NCBI GenBank assembly: GCA_951406725.2
Contig: OX597831.1
Coordinates: 806,001 to 870,000, forward strand
DNA length: 64,000 nucleotides
Direction: 5' to 3'
DNA from: Octopus vulgaris
Taxonomy: Eukaryota
Of this stretch, positions 41,288 to 52,846 are shown in pieces. Numbering within the stretch: position 1 is the stretch's first letter; the number at the start of each line of letters is the position of its first letter. The translations under genes and the position numbers were made by a program. The notes beneath the pieces were generated by a model, which saw nothing but the letters and a program-made list of their open reading frames with translations, was not told the DNA's origin and ran no database searches.

Positions 41288-41980
41288 GTTCCATATTTAA
41301 GAGATGAAGACTTATGTACATTACTCTTTTACTCTTTTACTTGTTTCAGTCATTTGACTGCAGCCATGCTGGAGCACCACCTTTAGTCGAGCAACTCGAC
41401 CCCGGGACTTATTTTTTGTAAGCCCAGTACTTATTCTATCGGTCTCTTTTGCCGAACCGCTAAGTGACGGGGACATAAACACACCAGCATCGGTTGTCAA
41501 GCAATGCTAGGGGGACAAACACAGACACACAAACTCACACACATACACATACATATAAACATATATACGACGGGCTTCTTTCATTTTCCGTCTACCAAAT
41601 CCCCTCACAAGGCTTTGGTCAGCCCGAGGCTATAGTAGAAAACACTTGCCCAAGGTGCCACGCAGTGGGACTGAACCCGGAACCATGTGGTTGGTAAACA
41701 AGCTACTTACCACACAGCCACTCCTGCGCCTATTTACATTCGACGGATATTTATCCTCATCTTGTTTGTTGTTAATACAACGTTTCGGCTGATATACCCT
41801 CCAGCCTTCTTCAGGTGTCTTGGGGAAATTTCGACCCTGAGTTCTCATTCCTAAGGTATTTTTCGATGTTATTATTATTATTGTTGTTATTGTTCAGGTC
41901 ACTGCTTGGAATTGAACTCGGAATCTTGGGGTTAGTAGCCCGTGCTCTTAACCACTATGCCGGCGAATGTAAATAATGTA
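41288..41980 (-). mobile_element. Non-autonomous tRNA-headed, hammerhead-bearing PLE derivative (interrupted by a SINE at ~41323-41730)
   Basis: Matches 50160-50475; A-box GGCATAGTGG and B-box GAGTTCAATTCC near 41908-41960; hammerhead 41774-41819; 12-bp direct repeat AACATATTCATA at 41276-41287 and 41981-41992. Confidence 0.8.
41323..41730 (-). mobile_element. SINE family B, full length, nested in the hammerhead element
   Basis: Reverse complement of 56624-57030; splits TATGTACATT|ATTTACATT of the host element. Confidence 0.9.
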
Positions 41981-42636
41981 AACATATTCATACTTCAACA
42001 GTAAACAAAAACTTTAAAAAAAAGATACTTTTCTAAGCTCAGCCATCAAAAACACACCCATAGAAGATAGAACCACAAAACAAGATTCATAATTTCCATT
42101 TTAACAACAACCTTGGTCTCTTCCTTCAGTCAAATAGCAGAGAAACTAGAAGGAGATCCCAAAACTTCAAAACTTCAGGATTTGTCAAAATTAGAAGCAC
42201 ACACCTAAATGAATTATTGTGTTTTCTAATACTGAATTTAAATTTGCTGAGGTCAACTTTGCCCTACATACTTTTGCCTTACATACTCCAACCAAATAAC
42301 AATGACCCTGAAAGAAGGCTCCAAAACTATGGTCTTAAACTAGCAGAGTGAGAAGAGCAAAATGATGTTATTACACTACAAGAGTCAACTGTATTTTGTC
42401 CTGCATATTAATGGTTCAGGACAAGGCCATCAAATTTAGGTAGGATGGTGGTTAGTCAATACCGTCAACACAAGTTCTTGACTGGTACTTTATTTTATTA
42501 ACCTGGCTGCTGGGAGGAAAGGCAAAGTTGTCTTCAATGAGATTTGAATTTAGAATGTAAAGAGCCAAAACAAATACTGCAAAACATTTTTTAAAAAGCT
42601 CTAAGAACTCTGCCAGCTTACAACAACAACAACAGT

Positions 42637-42825
42637 GGAGGCGCAATGGCCCAGTGGTTAGGGCACCAGACTCACAGTCGTAAAAACGCAGTTTCGATTC
42701 CCAGACCGGGTATTGTGAGTGTTTATTGAGCAAAAACACCTAAGCTCCACGAGGCCCCTTGCAGGGAGAGATGGTGAACCCCGCTGTACTCTTTCACCAC
42801 AACTTTCTCTCACTCTTTCTTCCTA
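42637..42825 (+). mobile_element. SINE family C 5' part
   Basis: GGAGGCGCAATGGCCCAGTGGTTAGGGC...TTCGATTCCCAGACCGGG...AAAACACCTAAGCTCCAC. Confidence 0.7.
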
Positions 42826-43542
42826 CTTCTTCCACAAAGCAGAGGAACCATGGTGTAACCCACTATGGTGTGGTAAACTTTCAGACCCTAGTCTAAATTG
42901 CGAATTCACCGTACCCCAGGATGGTTCAGCTCTCCACCCATTAAAAGCCACCGTTTACGGAATGAGGATAACAACGTAGCTTTCGCGCCCGTGCAACTGC
43001 CAGTCTATCGCGTGTGGTGGGTGGATCTTCAAGTTGCCACACGCATTCTTAGTAGCTTAGAGTAGGCTCGAATTAGAGATTATTCTTTGTGCCAAATGGC
43101 GTGAGTCCTGATTGGAAGAAGAAGACGATGACGACAACAACAACAACAACAATAATGATGGTTTCAAATTTTGGCATAAGGCCCAGCAAGTTTGAAGAAT
43201 GGAGTAAAAAGATTACATCAGATCCAGTGCTTATTTTATCGACCTCCCACAAAAAGGATGAAAGGCAATGTCAACTTTAGCAAAATTTGATTCCAAGACA
43301 TAGAGACATACAAAATGCTGATAAACATTTTGACCAATGTTCTAATGTTTCTGCCAGCATGCTGCCTTAAAAACAACAACTACTACTACTGCTGCTGCTG
43401 CTGCTACTAATACTACTGAACAAAATGAGGGTTTAAAAGCAAACTGTAAGGTAAAAAATTAAACCTGGTGATACCTCATGGGACTTCTATTGCGTAAAAA
43501 AAAAATGACAAAGAGAAAATAAAGTGAAGAAGTCCTTCTTAC

Positions 43543-43763
43543 CTGATGGATGTGTATTTTTCTCAAAGTGTTGATTTAATATTTCTAATGCTTGTGGTGT
43601 GAAAGATGTGCGTCGTTTTCGCTTCTTAGAAGGCTCACTGCCAATGAATTCAGTCAGATTTTGCACCCCATTTTTGTAACGTTCCTCAGCCTCTGCCATC
43701 CATCGTTCGAGAACCGGTTTAATTTTCTGAGCACTTTTTGGAGTGATATCCAGCTTTTCAAAC
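43543..43763 (-). CDS. POU6: POU6 exon, end of POU-specific domain, linker and start of homeodomain (221 nt, phase 2/1)
   Basis: RFEKLDITPKSAQKIKPVLERWMAEAEERYKNGVQNLTEFIGSEPSKKRKRRTSFTPQALEILNQHFEKNTHPSG; acceptor acacaag, donor CAG|gtaaga. Confidence 0.97.
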
Positions 43764-43789
43764 CTTGTGTTAGACATGATATTGGTAGT

Positions 43790-44250
43790 GGTAGTGATAT
43801 GGGTGGTAATGGTTGTGGTTGTGTGGTGATGGTGATGGTTGTGGTGGTGATGGTTGTGGTGGTGGTGGTGTGGTTGTGGTGGTGGTGGTGATGGTTGTGG
43901 TTGTGGTGGTGGTGGTTGTGGTGTGTTGTGGTGGTGATGGTTGTGGTGGTGGTGATTGTTGTGGTAGTGGTGGTGATGGTTGTGGTGGTGGTGATGGTTG
44001 TTGTGGTAGTGGTGGTGATGGTTGTGGTGGTGATGGTTGTGGTTGTGGTGGTAGTGATGGTTGTGGTGGTGGTGGTTGTGGTAGTGATAGTTGCGGTGGT
44101 GGTGGTTGTGACATTGATGGTAATGTTAGTAGTGATGGTGGTGATGATGTTATTGGTGAAATTGGTGTTCGTAGTTTTATATGGTGGTATATGTGATGTT
44201 GGTGTGAATAGTGATAGTGTTGATGGTTATAGTGGTGGTGGAGTTAGTGG
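43790..44250. repeat. (GGT/GAT/TGT)n compound microsatellite abutting a POU exon acceptor
   Basis: Seen directly; source of spurious poly-G/V/P/T ORFs. Confidence 0.9.
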
Positions 44251-44527
44251 TAAGTGATATGAAAAAGAGAAGAAAAAAGAGAAAAAGAGACATAAGCATT
44301 GTCTGCATATTCATTACTGTAACGCAATTAACTTGCATACACACATACAAACACACACACACATATACACAAACACACACATTACACAAATATGTATAAG
44401 AAATATTACACTTGCATACACACCACAAACATATACAACTCAAGCTCATTGTCAACCGTCACACATGCATACACACATAAATATAAAGTGATAGCTCATT
44501 AAATCACTATCACATGCATAGACAGAC

Positions 44528-44591
<64 letters not shown>

Positions 44592-44763
44592 GGAAAGAGA
44601 GATGCACACACAAATACACACACACCAAGAAGCATAAGTATCACCAAGATGATGATGACGCTAATTATCCCCATCATTATCACCAAATGCTTTTATACCC
44701 ATAATGCTGCAACTTGCATGGGTGGAACAGCAGAATAAAGAGTACTTATGCAAATGCAAATAT

Positions 44764-44794
<31 letters not shown>

Positions 44795-44974
44795 ACATAT
44801 TCATGAATGCAGGTCTGGCCATGCGGTTAAAAAGTTTGCTTTGCAATCACTAAGTTCTAGGTTTGAATCCCACAGCATAACAGCCTGAGCATGTGTCTAT
44901 GGCAATGAGAAGACAAAATAATCAAAACTAGTTTAGTAAATGGAAAATATGCAAGCCTGCCATACATATATGTA

Positions 44975-45970
44975 CAGGGGTTGGACAAAATAATGGAAAC
45001 ACCAAGCATCATAGCATCATAATTTTGAAATATCTATAAAACTGTCAAAGGTTTGTTTATTTTTATGGTTTTTGATTTATTATTAGTGTTGCTTAATATG
45101 TTTTGCTAAAATTGCTGTTTCTTTTCAGATATCATCAGAAAGAGGTAATTAAAATTCATTAAACTGACAGATCTATCAGACTTTCAAAGAGGTCAAATTG
45201 TTGGTGCTCGTATGGCAGGTGCCAGCGTAATGAAAACAGCCAAAATGTGTGGTGTATCAAGTAGTACAGCCTTTGAGAAAGAGGGAGAAACCTCCTCATC
45301 AAAACAAAACTCTGGAAGAAAACCAAAGCTTTCAGATAGGGACCTTCAGTCTCTTGCACAAATTGTTAGAAAGGATCACAAAAGTACAGCTCCCAAAATT
45401 ACTGCAGAGCTTAATGACCACCTTGAGAACCCAGTTTCCACAAAAACTGTTCACTGGGAGCTGCACAAAGCCGGAGTTCATGGGATGGCTGCAATAAGAA
45501 AACCACTATTTTCAAAAACAAACGTTGCAAAGCATTTATAGTGGAGTAAAACCTACAGAATTGGTCCCTAGAGCAGTGGAAGAATGTTATTTTCTCGGAC
45601 GAGTCATCTTTTACCTTTTTCTGACCACCGGCCAAGTATACGTGTGGAGACAGTCAAAAGAAGCATTTGACCCAGACTGCCTTCTTCCAACTGTTAAACA
45701 TGGAGGAGGATCTGAGGGGTGGGGGGCTATATCTTGGAAATCTGCCAGCCCAATGGTTTCCTTTCATGGCAGAATTAATAGTCAAGACTATTTAAGCATT
45801 TTATCTGATCAAATTCATCCTATGGTTGTGGAACTATTTCCAGAGGGAAACGCAATCTTTCAGGATGATAATGCACCAATTCATACAGCTAAAGTTGTTA
45901 CTGAATAGCATGAAGAACATTCCAGTGAAGTTGAACATCTTATTTGGCTGCCACAGTCCCCAGATCTCAA
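44975..45970 (+). mobile_element. 3'-truncated Tc1-like transposon
   Basis: TA+CAGGGGTTGGACAAAATAATGGAAACACC left end; motifs SGRKPKLS, AAIRKP, FSDESSF, TVKHGGGS..WG, FQDDNAPIH, WLPQSPDLN; no right TIR seen. Confidence 0.88.
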
Positions 45971-46360
45971 TCATCATCATCATCATCATCATTTAACGTC
46001 CACTTTCCATGCTAGCATGGGTTGGACAATTTTGACTGAGGGCTAGCGAACCAGATGGCTGCACCAGGCTCCAGTCTTGACTTGGCAGAGTTTCTACAGC
46101 TGGATGCCCTTCCTAACACCAACCACTCCGAGAGTGTAGTGGGTGCTTTTTACATGCCACCAGCACAGGGGCCAGTCAGGTGGTACTGGCAATGACTTCG
46201 CTCAAATCCTTTTATACATGCCACCAGCACAGGTGCCAGAAGGCGACTTTGGTAACGATCACGCTCGAATGGTGCCCTTTTACGTGCTCACTGGCACGGA
46301 AGCCAGTTGGCTGTGCTGGCAACGATCACGCTTGGATGGTGTTCTTGGCACCCTACTAGC
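45971..46360 (-). mobile_element. Retroposon family D copy truncating the Tc1 element
   Basis: Same tail and body; starts immediately after the Tc1 WLPQSPDLN codons. Confidence 0.8.
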
Positions 46361-46677
46361 ATGGGCACAAGTGCCAGCTCCCATCAAACTGTCCCACCCA
46401 TGTTGGCATGAAAACAGATCTTTAAATGATAATGATGTGTAAGCAGCCACAGTCAAATGGTTAAGAAATGTGCTCCACAACCATAAAGGTCTCAGATTCA
46501 TTCCTATAGATTGAAACCGTAGGCAAGTGTTTTGCACTATAACCTTGAATTATCTCAATTATCAGTGAAATTGGATAGATACAAACAGTCTGGAGGCCTA
46601 GTGTATGGACTATAGTTTTACATGATGCTAAAAGTGGGGCACCCTCACCCTTGAAACAATTTGACATTTCCACTCAC

Positions 46678-46855
46678 CTGCAAATGGCTGATTGGCTATA
46701 GGCTGGTCCTTCTGTTGCACTTAAAGCTTGTCCGACTTGGGTTTGCGTTAGCCCTAACGATAAGCGCCGGATTTTGAACTGTTTAGCAAACTCTTTGATC
46801 TCATCTAAGTTGATGCCATCTACAGTTGTGCTTTCAGTAGAATTGCTTACAGTAT
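46678..46855 (-). CDS. POU6: POU6 exon, N-terminal half of POU-specific domain (178 nt, phase 1/2)
   Basis: NTVSNSTESTTVDGINLDEIKEFAKQFKIRRLSLGLTQTQVGQALSATEGPAYSQSAICR, a diagnostic class VI POU-specific domain; acceptor ttccag, donor AG|gtgagt. Confidence 0.97.
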
Positions 46856-48294
46856 CTGGAACGATAAATTATATAGATATTTATATATCATGAAAATAGT
46901 AGTAGTAGTAGTGGTAGTGATGGTAATGATGAAGATGATGGTGGTGATGATGACAATGATGATAATGGCAATGAGAGTGCCAGAGTGATGCTGATGATGG
47001 TGATAAGAGTGATGATGAGGAGGATGTCAATGATGATGATGATGATAATGTTAGTGATGATGTAGTGTTGTGATGTAGCTGATGGTGATGGTAACGGTTA
47101 TGACAATGACGATGACAACGATACTGAAGATAGTAATAAGAGTGGTGATAATACTGATATCAATGATAATGATGATTATAGTGTTGGTAATGATGTAGTG
47201 TTGTGATGTATCTCTTTCTGATGGTGATGGTAACAATTATGATAATGATGATGACAATGATGATAATGAGGGTGGTAGTGGTGGTGATGTGTGTGGGTAT
47301 GTACACATGTACACACATACATGTATGTATGTGTATGTATGCATGTGCACAAGTATTTTTTAGACATGTTATATTGAAAATACAACCAAGTTATAATTCA
47401 AACTATTTTATCAAGGTTTTTACCTCCCGTTTTTGAATGACTTCCTCACAGCTCATTTGAACAATAACATTTCTAATCTATCATCAACATTTCTAGACTT
47501 TCACAGCCTCATCTTCAGGAGTTGAAGTGTGAAATGGTTTTTGGCATATGAAATTACCTCTTTTATGACAGGAAAATGTAATTTATGTACACTTTATTGC
47601 TACACTAACCTACCACAAAAATGCGGTAGTTGCAAGTACCTATATAACATCAAACTCCAAATCCTGAAGATGAGTCTGTGAAAGTCTAGAAACAGAAATG
47701 GATTTAGGAACTTTATAGTTTCAAAAGAACTGCAAAAAACTCGTACAAAAAGAGTAAATAAATCTTTATGAAAATAAAAGTTAAAACTTGAACTTAATTA
47801 TGCTTTCAATATATCATCATCATCATCATCATTACCATCATCAATCAGTTTAACATCCAGTTTTCCATGCTTGCAAGGGTCAAATGAAATCTTTTTGAGT
47901 TTCAGAAAGATTCTTTTATCAGTGTTCACAATTATATTATAAAAAAAAGCTAATGTGAGAAAGTTCCAAATGAAAATGCTGATGGTATAGGTAAAGGTGA
48001 TGATGATGATGATGATAATGATGATGGTAATGATGATGATGGTAAAGATGATGATGATGATAGTGATGATGGTAAAGATGATGATGATGATAGTGATGAT
48101 GGTAATGATGATGATGGTAAAGATGATGATGATGATGATGATGATAGTGATGATTATGACAGTGATGATGAAGATGAGGTTTTGTAGCGATGATGGTAAT
48201 GGTGATGGTGGTGGGATGATGTGTGATAAGTATTATGGGGTCAAAAAAAACTTTCCCCCCCCCCCCCCGAAAAACAAAAAACATTTTCACGTAC

Positions 48295-49324
48295 TGGGTA
48301 AAAGTTGACTGACATTTGGAGGCAGCCCATCTGAGGTAGTTGTGTGGGTAGTGAGGGACTGCGCTGCCACTGTGATGCGAGTGGCTGTTTGCTGCTGTTG
48401 CGGCTGCTGGGAAACCGTCGTCTTGGCAATGGCATGATGCTGGGGGTGACCGACCAAGCTCCCAGCACCAGCAGTAACGAGGTTAGAATGAATGCTGCTG
48501 GAGTTGATTGCTTGATGTGTACTGTTGTTATTGTTGCTGTTGTTACTGCTGCTGCTGCTGTTGTTGTTGCTGCTGTTGGTGATGATGCTGCTGCTGTTGT
48601 TACTGCTGCTGTTGTTGTTGTTGTTGTTGTTGCTGCTGCTGCTGGTGTTGTTGCTAGCACTGACTCCCGTTGTGGTCGTCCCTGTTGATCCCAGTAAGGG
48701 CCCAGTGCTACTGCTGTTGTTGCTGCTGCTGTTGTTGTTGCTGTTACCACTGCTGCTGCTGCTGCTGCTGTTTCCTCGTAGAGTGCTGCTGCTGCTGATG
48801 TTGCTTGCTGCAACACTGTGCACCAAGCTGCTACTGATGCCATTGCTTGTGATACTACTACTATTATTGTTATTGTTGTTGCTGTTGTTGTTGTTACTGC
48901 TGCTGTTGCTGTTGTTGCTGCCACCGCCACCACCACCGCTACCACCGCCACCACCACCACCACCACCACTGCTACCACCGCCACCGCCGCCGCCACCACC
49001 AACGCTGCTGCTATTGCTACTGTGACCTCCACTGCCGCCACTGCTGCCACCATTGCTACTGCTACTACTGCTGCTGCTGCTGCTTATGATGATGCTGTTA
49101 TTGCTGCCATTTGTCGAGCTGTTGCCCACACCATTGCTGCTGCAGTTGCTGCTGCTGCTGCTAGCAGTGGCAGCAGCAGCAACAGCAGCAGTACTGTGTG
49201 CCTGGTTCTGTTGGTTGAGATGGTTGCAGCCTCCATTGGTGGTGGCATTGTTCACAGGTTGTTGGCCAGACAAGTTGGAGGTTGTCGAATTCACATGTGG
49301 GACAGAAACAGGTGTTAACACTTG
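48295..49324 (-). CDS. POU6: POU6 large low-complexity coding exon (1030 nt, phase 0/1)
   Basis: Acceptor tctttctgtatttcag, donor CCCA|gtacgt; open frame QVLTPVSVPHVN...poly-S/G/N...DGLPPNVSQLLP; both phases match the flanking exons. Confidence 0.82.
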
Positions 49325-49876
49325 CTGAAATACAGAAAGAATTTGAGAAATAAGCAGAGGAATATGGTGAAAGTACAAGGAGTATAGAGACAAAACAACT
49401 GGTAAAGCAGTAATGTAAGAATATTGTACTAAATATTCAAGTACCAAGGAACTCCATCTGGTTTGCCCAATGTAAGCTATGGGTGCATAAAAGGTGCAGA
49501 AGAAACATATGTAGGCCAACAGAGAAGATAGACAGTCAATGTGACAGATGCACAAAAGTAGTTGGCAGTAAGAAGCCTCAGTGAAAGAAATTACTTGAGC
49601 GCTTGGAAGCCCCCGTAGAAGTAAAGCACAGTAGCCAAAATACAAACGGGGTAGAGGAAAATTTAGGGTGTTATAACCTCTGATGGTAACAAAGGTGTTC
49701 TCTTTTCAAGTGAAGAGTAGACTGTACAAAGCTTGTGTATGAAGTCAATGTTGGCAAGCAAAACTTGGGTATTGAATGAAGAGGATTATGAAGGCCATGT
49801 GCATGTGTGTCTCCCTGTGTGCACACACATGCATGTGTGCATACACATATGTGTAAGCATATAGCTATGTGGTGTC

Positions 49877-49904
<28 letters not shown>

Positions 49905-49907
<3 letters not shown>

Positions 49908-50132
49908 TTCTTTACTACCCACAAGGGGCTAAACACAGAGGGGACAAACAAGGACAGATAAACGGATTAAGTCGATTATATCGACCCCAGTGCGTAACTG
50001 GTACTTAATTTATCGACCCCGAAAGGATGAAAGGCAAAGTCGACCTCGGCGGAATTTGAACCCAGAACGTAACGCCAGATACCGCTGAGCATTTCTCCCG
50101 GCGTGCTAACGTTTCTGCCAGCTCGCCGCCTT
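49905..50132 (-). mobile_element. SINE family A copy inside (TA)n
   Basis: Near-identical to 22684-22911. Confidence 0.9.
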
Positions 50133-50156
50133 AATATATATATATATAACATCTTC

Positions 50157-50350
50157 AATGGTTCTATATTTAAGAGATGTTACATTATTTACATTAGTTA
50201 CAATTGACGAATATTTGTCCTTATCTTGTTTGTTGTTAACACAACGTTTCAGCTGATATACCCTCCAGCCTTCATCAGGTGTCTTGGAGAATTTTCAAAT
50301 TTGGGTTCTCATTCCTGAGTTATTTTTCAATGCTGTTGTTGCTGTTGTTA

Positions 50351-50384
<34 letters not shown>

Positions 50385-51208
50385 CATTATTATTATTATT
50401 ATTATTATTCAGGTCACTGCCTGGAATCAAATTTGGAATCTTGGGGTTAGTAGCCCGCACACTTAACCACTATGCCATATGCTTGCGGGCAATTATGGAG
50501 TGAATTTTAGGGCTTGTAAATCTAATATTTTCTTATCCTTCCTTAATACTGGTTCCCATATTCTATGCACTTTGTCTGCTTAGGAGGTTGTTGTGTCCTA
50601 GCATATGTGCTGCTTCTTTTAGTTTTCGTATTTTCCAGTGGTGTTCTCTGTCTATTATTTTAACTTCATCCCACAAGGTGAGGTGGTCTCCATTTTTCCA
50701 TACATGATCAGCTATACCTGATTTATTAATATCTCCTCGTGTCACAGCTTTGCGATGTTCATCTACCCTTATTTTGAGGGGGGGGGGACATGTTTCGCCT
50801 TTGTATAACCTACCACAGCTGCATGGGATGGAGTACACACAGTTTTTGGTCATATTCTCTTCTATAGGTGGTTTTACCCAAAGGAGATATTTGCAAAGTG
50901 TATTACTCTTGAATACTGTCCTGATGTCATATAGGCTGCATTATCTTTTGTATCTTTTTGGAGAAGCCTTTCACATAGGTTAGACAGACTGTAGACAGTT
51001 TATTGGTTTCATCCTCTCTTTTCTTCATAATTGGAATAGATAGTATGTTTTTGGGGTAGTTGTTTCTTAATAGATTGTTACTGAGCTTGATCATTTCTTT
51101 GTGGTGGGTATCACGATTGCTACTTATATTCTTTGCTCAACGTTTTAGGCACTGGGCAATATGTTTTAGGCAATACGTTTTAGAGAGGCATTGCTCAGTG
51201 CCTAAAAC
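50157..51208 (-). mobile_element. 5'-truncated Penelope-like retroelement (RT thumb + C-terminal GIY-YIG endonuclease, 3' terminal repeat region)
   Basis: ORF 50563-50853 CVYSIPCSCGRLYKGET...LKIRVDEH...SGIADH...KLKEA (GIY-YIG); upstream disrupted frame ...LLRNNYPKNI...VCLTYVKGFS...TVFKSNTL typical of Penelope/Poseidon; hammerhead motif downstream. Confidence 0.88.
50238..50283 (-). ncRNA. Minimal type I hammerhead ribozyme motif in PLE 3' region
   Basis: GACAC-CTGATGA-a-GGCTG(loop)CAGCT-GAAAC-GTT-GTGTT; helix I GACAC/GTGTT, palindromic AACGTT in place of helix III. Confidence 0.75.
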
Positions 51209-51643
51209 TCCTGTTTACCAAATCCACTCACAAGGCTTTGGTTGGGGCTATAATAGAAGACACTTGCCCGTGGTGCCAAGTGATGGGACTGAACTGAAGA
51301 CCATATGACTGGAAAGCAAACATCTTAACCACACAGCCACACCTGCACCTTATACACATATTTTTAGACACATGCGTTTTTATATTTAGCCAACAATGTA
51401 TTTAAAAGATATGTCCATTGACACACACACAAAAGAATCATTAACCTGACCATTCTGTTCTGTTTCATTGTCACAGCAAGAAGACTACAAAATTGTTAAG
51501 AAGTTTACTTTTGGCAAATCACTCAAGAGTATGGTGTTTATAAATCTCTACCAAGAGTATTTGACTTTGAATAACTACACAAAGACAAAGTCATCAGTAG
51601 TTTATCAACATCATATTGGATTATATAATATGCATTATAATAT

Positions 51644-51852
51644 ACTCTTTTACTCTTTTACTTGTCATTTGACTGCAACCATGCTGGAGCACCGCCTTTA
51701 GTCGAGCAACTCGACCCCGGGACTTATTCTTTGTAAGCCTAGTACTTATTCTATTGGTCTCTTTTGCTGACCCGCTAAGTGGCGGGGACATAAACACACT
51801 AGCATTGGTTGTCAAGCGATGTTGGATGGGACAAACACAGACACACATGCAC

Positions 51853-51885
<33 letters not shown>

Positions 51886-52050
51886 TACGACGGGCTTCTT
51901 ACAGTTTCCGTCTACCAAATCCACTCACAAGGATTTGGTCGGCCCGAGACTCTAGTAGAAGACACGCGCCCAAGGTGCCATGCAGTGGGACTGAACCCGG
52001 AACCATGTGGCTGGTTAGCAAGCTACTTACCACACAGCCACTCCTGCACC
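51644..52050 (-). mobile_element. SINE family B, full length
   Basis: Same sequence as 41323-41730. Confidence 0.9.
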
Positions 52051-52158
52051 TATAACATAATATATAATACTATCTGTCCTAACACACATAATATGTAATA
52101 TTCTGTATTATGGTATGTTTCAAGCTGGTTTCTGGAAGAGCTTAAAGTATATGCTTAC

Positions 52159-52295
52159 CTGTGGGCCGACTGCCAAAATTTGACCTTGAGCATTGGTGAG
52201 CAGTTGAGGTAATGAAGAAACTTGATTGGCCAACAACTGGTTGGTTGTTTGCTGATTGCTAGTGGTACCGTTTGATGTGTGTGAATTGATGGAGC
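52159..52295 (-). CDS. POU6: POU6 coding exon (137 nt, phase 1/0)
   Basis: Acceptor tctctcaaataccag, donor CAG|gtaagc; reads GSINSHTSNGTTSNQQTTNQLLANQVSSLPQLLTNAQGQILAVGPQ; QLLTNAQGQI is a motif seen in vertebrate POU6F proteins; absent from the ORF track. Confidence 0.88.
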
Positions 52296-52808
52296 CTGGT
52301 ATTTGAGAGACAGTGGAAGACTATTTATATTTCATCAAATGTTACTGGAAGCAAAATATGGTTAGCAAACAACAACACGAAGGACAGGATGAATACTGTA
52401 ATGAACTGTGACCCTTTTGTTATCATATTTACATTGAAATACACTACTTTTTCATTTTGTTTGTTTAATTTTGAAAACATTGAAGAAGTCAGTAAAATAA
52501 CTTTGTTATTATTAAGCTGAAGTTTGGAAAATAAAATAACATGAAAGATGCAAAGTTCTAAATTAGAATTTGTCTTCTATCTTTTTTAGGGTTGATAAAA
52601 TAAAATACCAGCCAAATACTGGGGTGGATGTTATTGACTAACTATCTCCCCTCAAACTGCTGACTATGTGTCAAAATTAGAGATATTATTAAAACAACCT
52701 TTTGACTGATCAACATGTAGTTAATAATCAACACACCCCCAATATCTTGCCTACAAAAGTAATGTCTCCTCACTTTGCCTTGTCAACAACCACCACCTCC
52801 TCCTCCTC

Positions 52809-52846
<38 letters not shown>

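Noticed and set aside
41908-41960. tRNA gene
   Set aside because: No complete acceptor stem; it is the tRNA-derived head of a repeat
48344-49328. Plus-strand poly-L/V/A ORFs
   Set aside because: Antisense shadows of the trinucleotide-rich POU6 exon
49325-49645. N-terminal hydrophobic part of the 452-aa ORF
   Set aside because: Lies upstream of a strong acceptor at 49326-49325 whose phase matches the previous exon; treated as intron read-through
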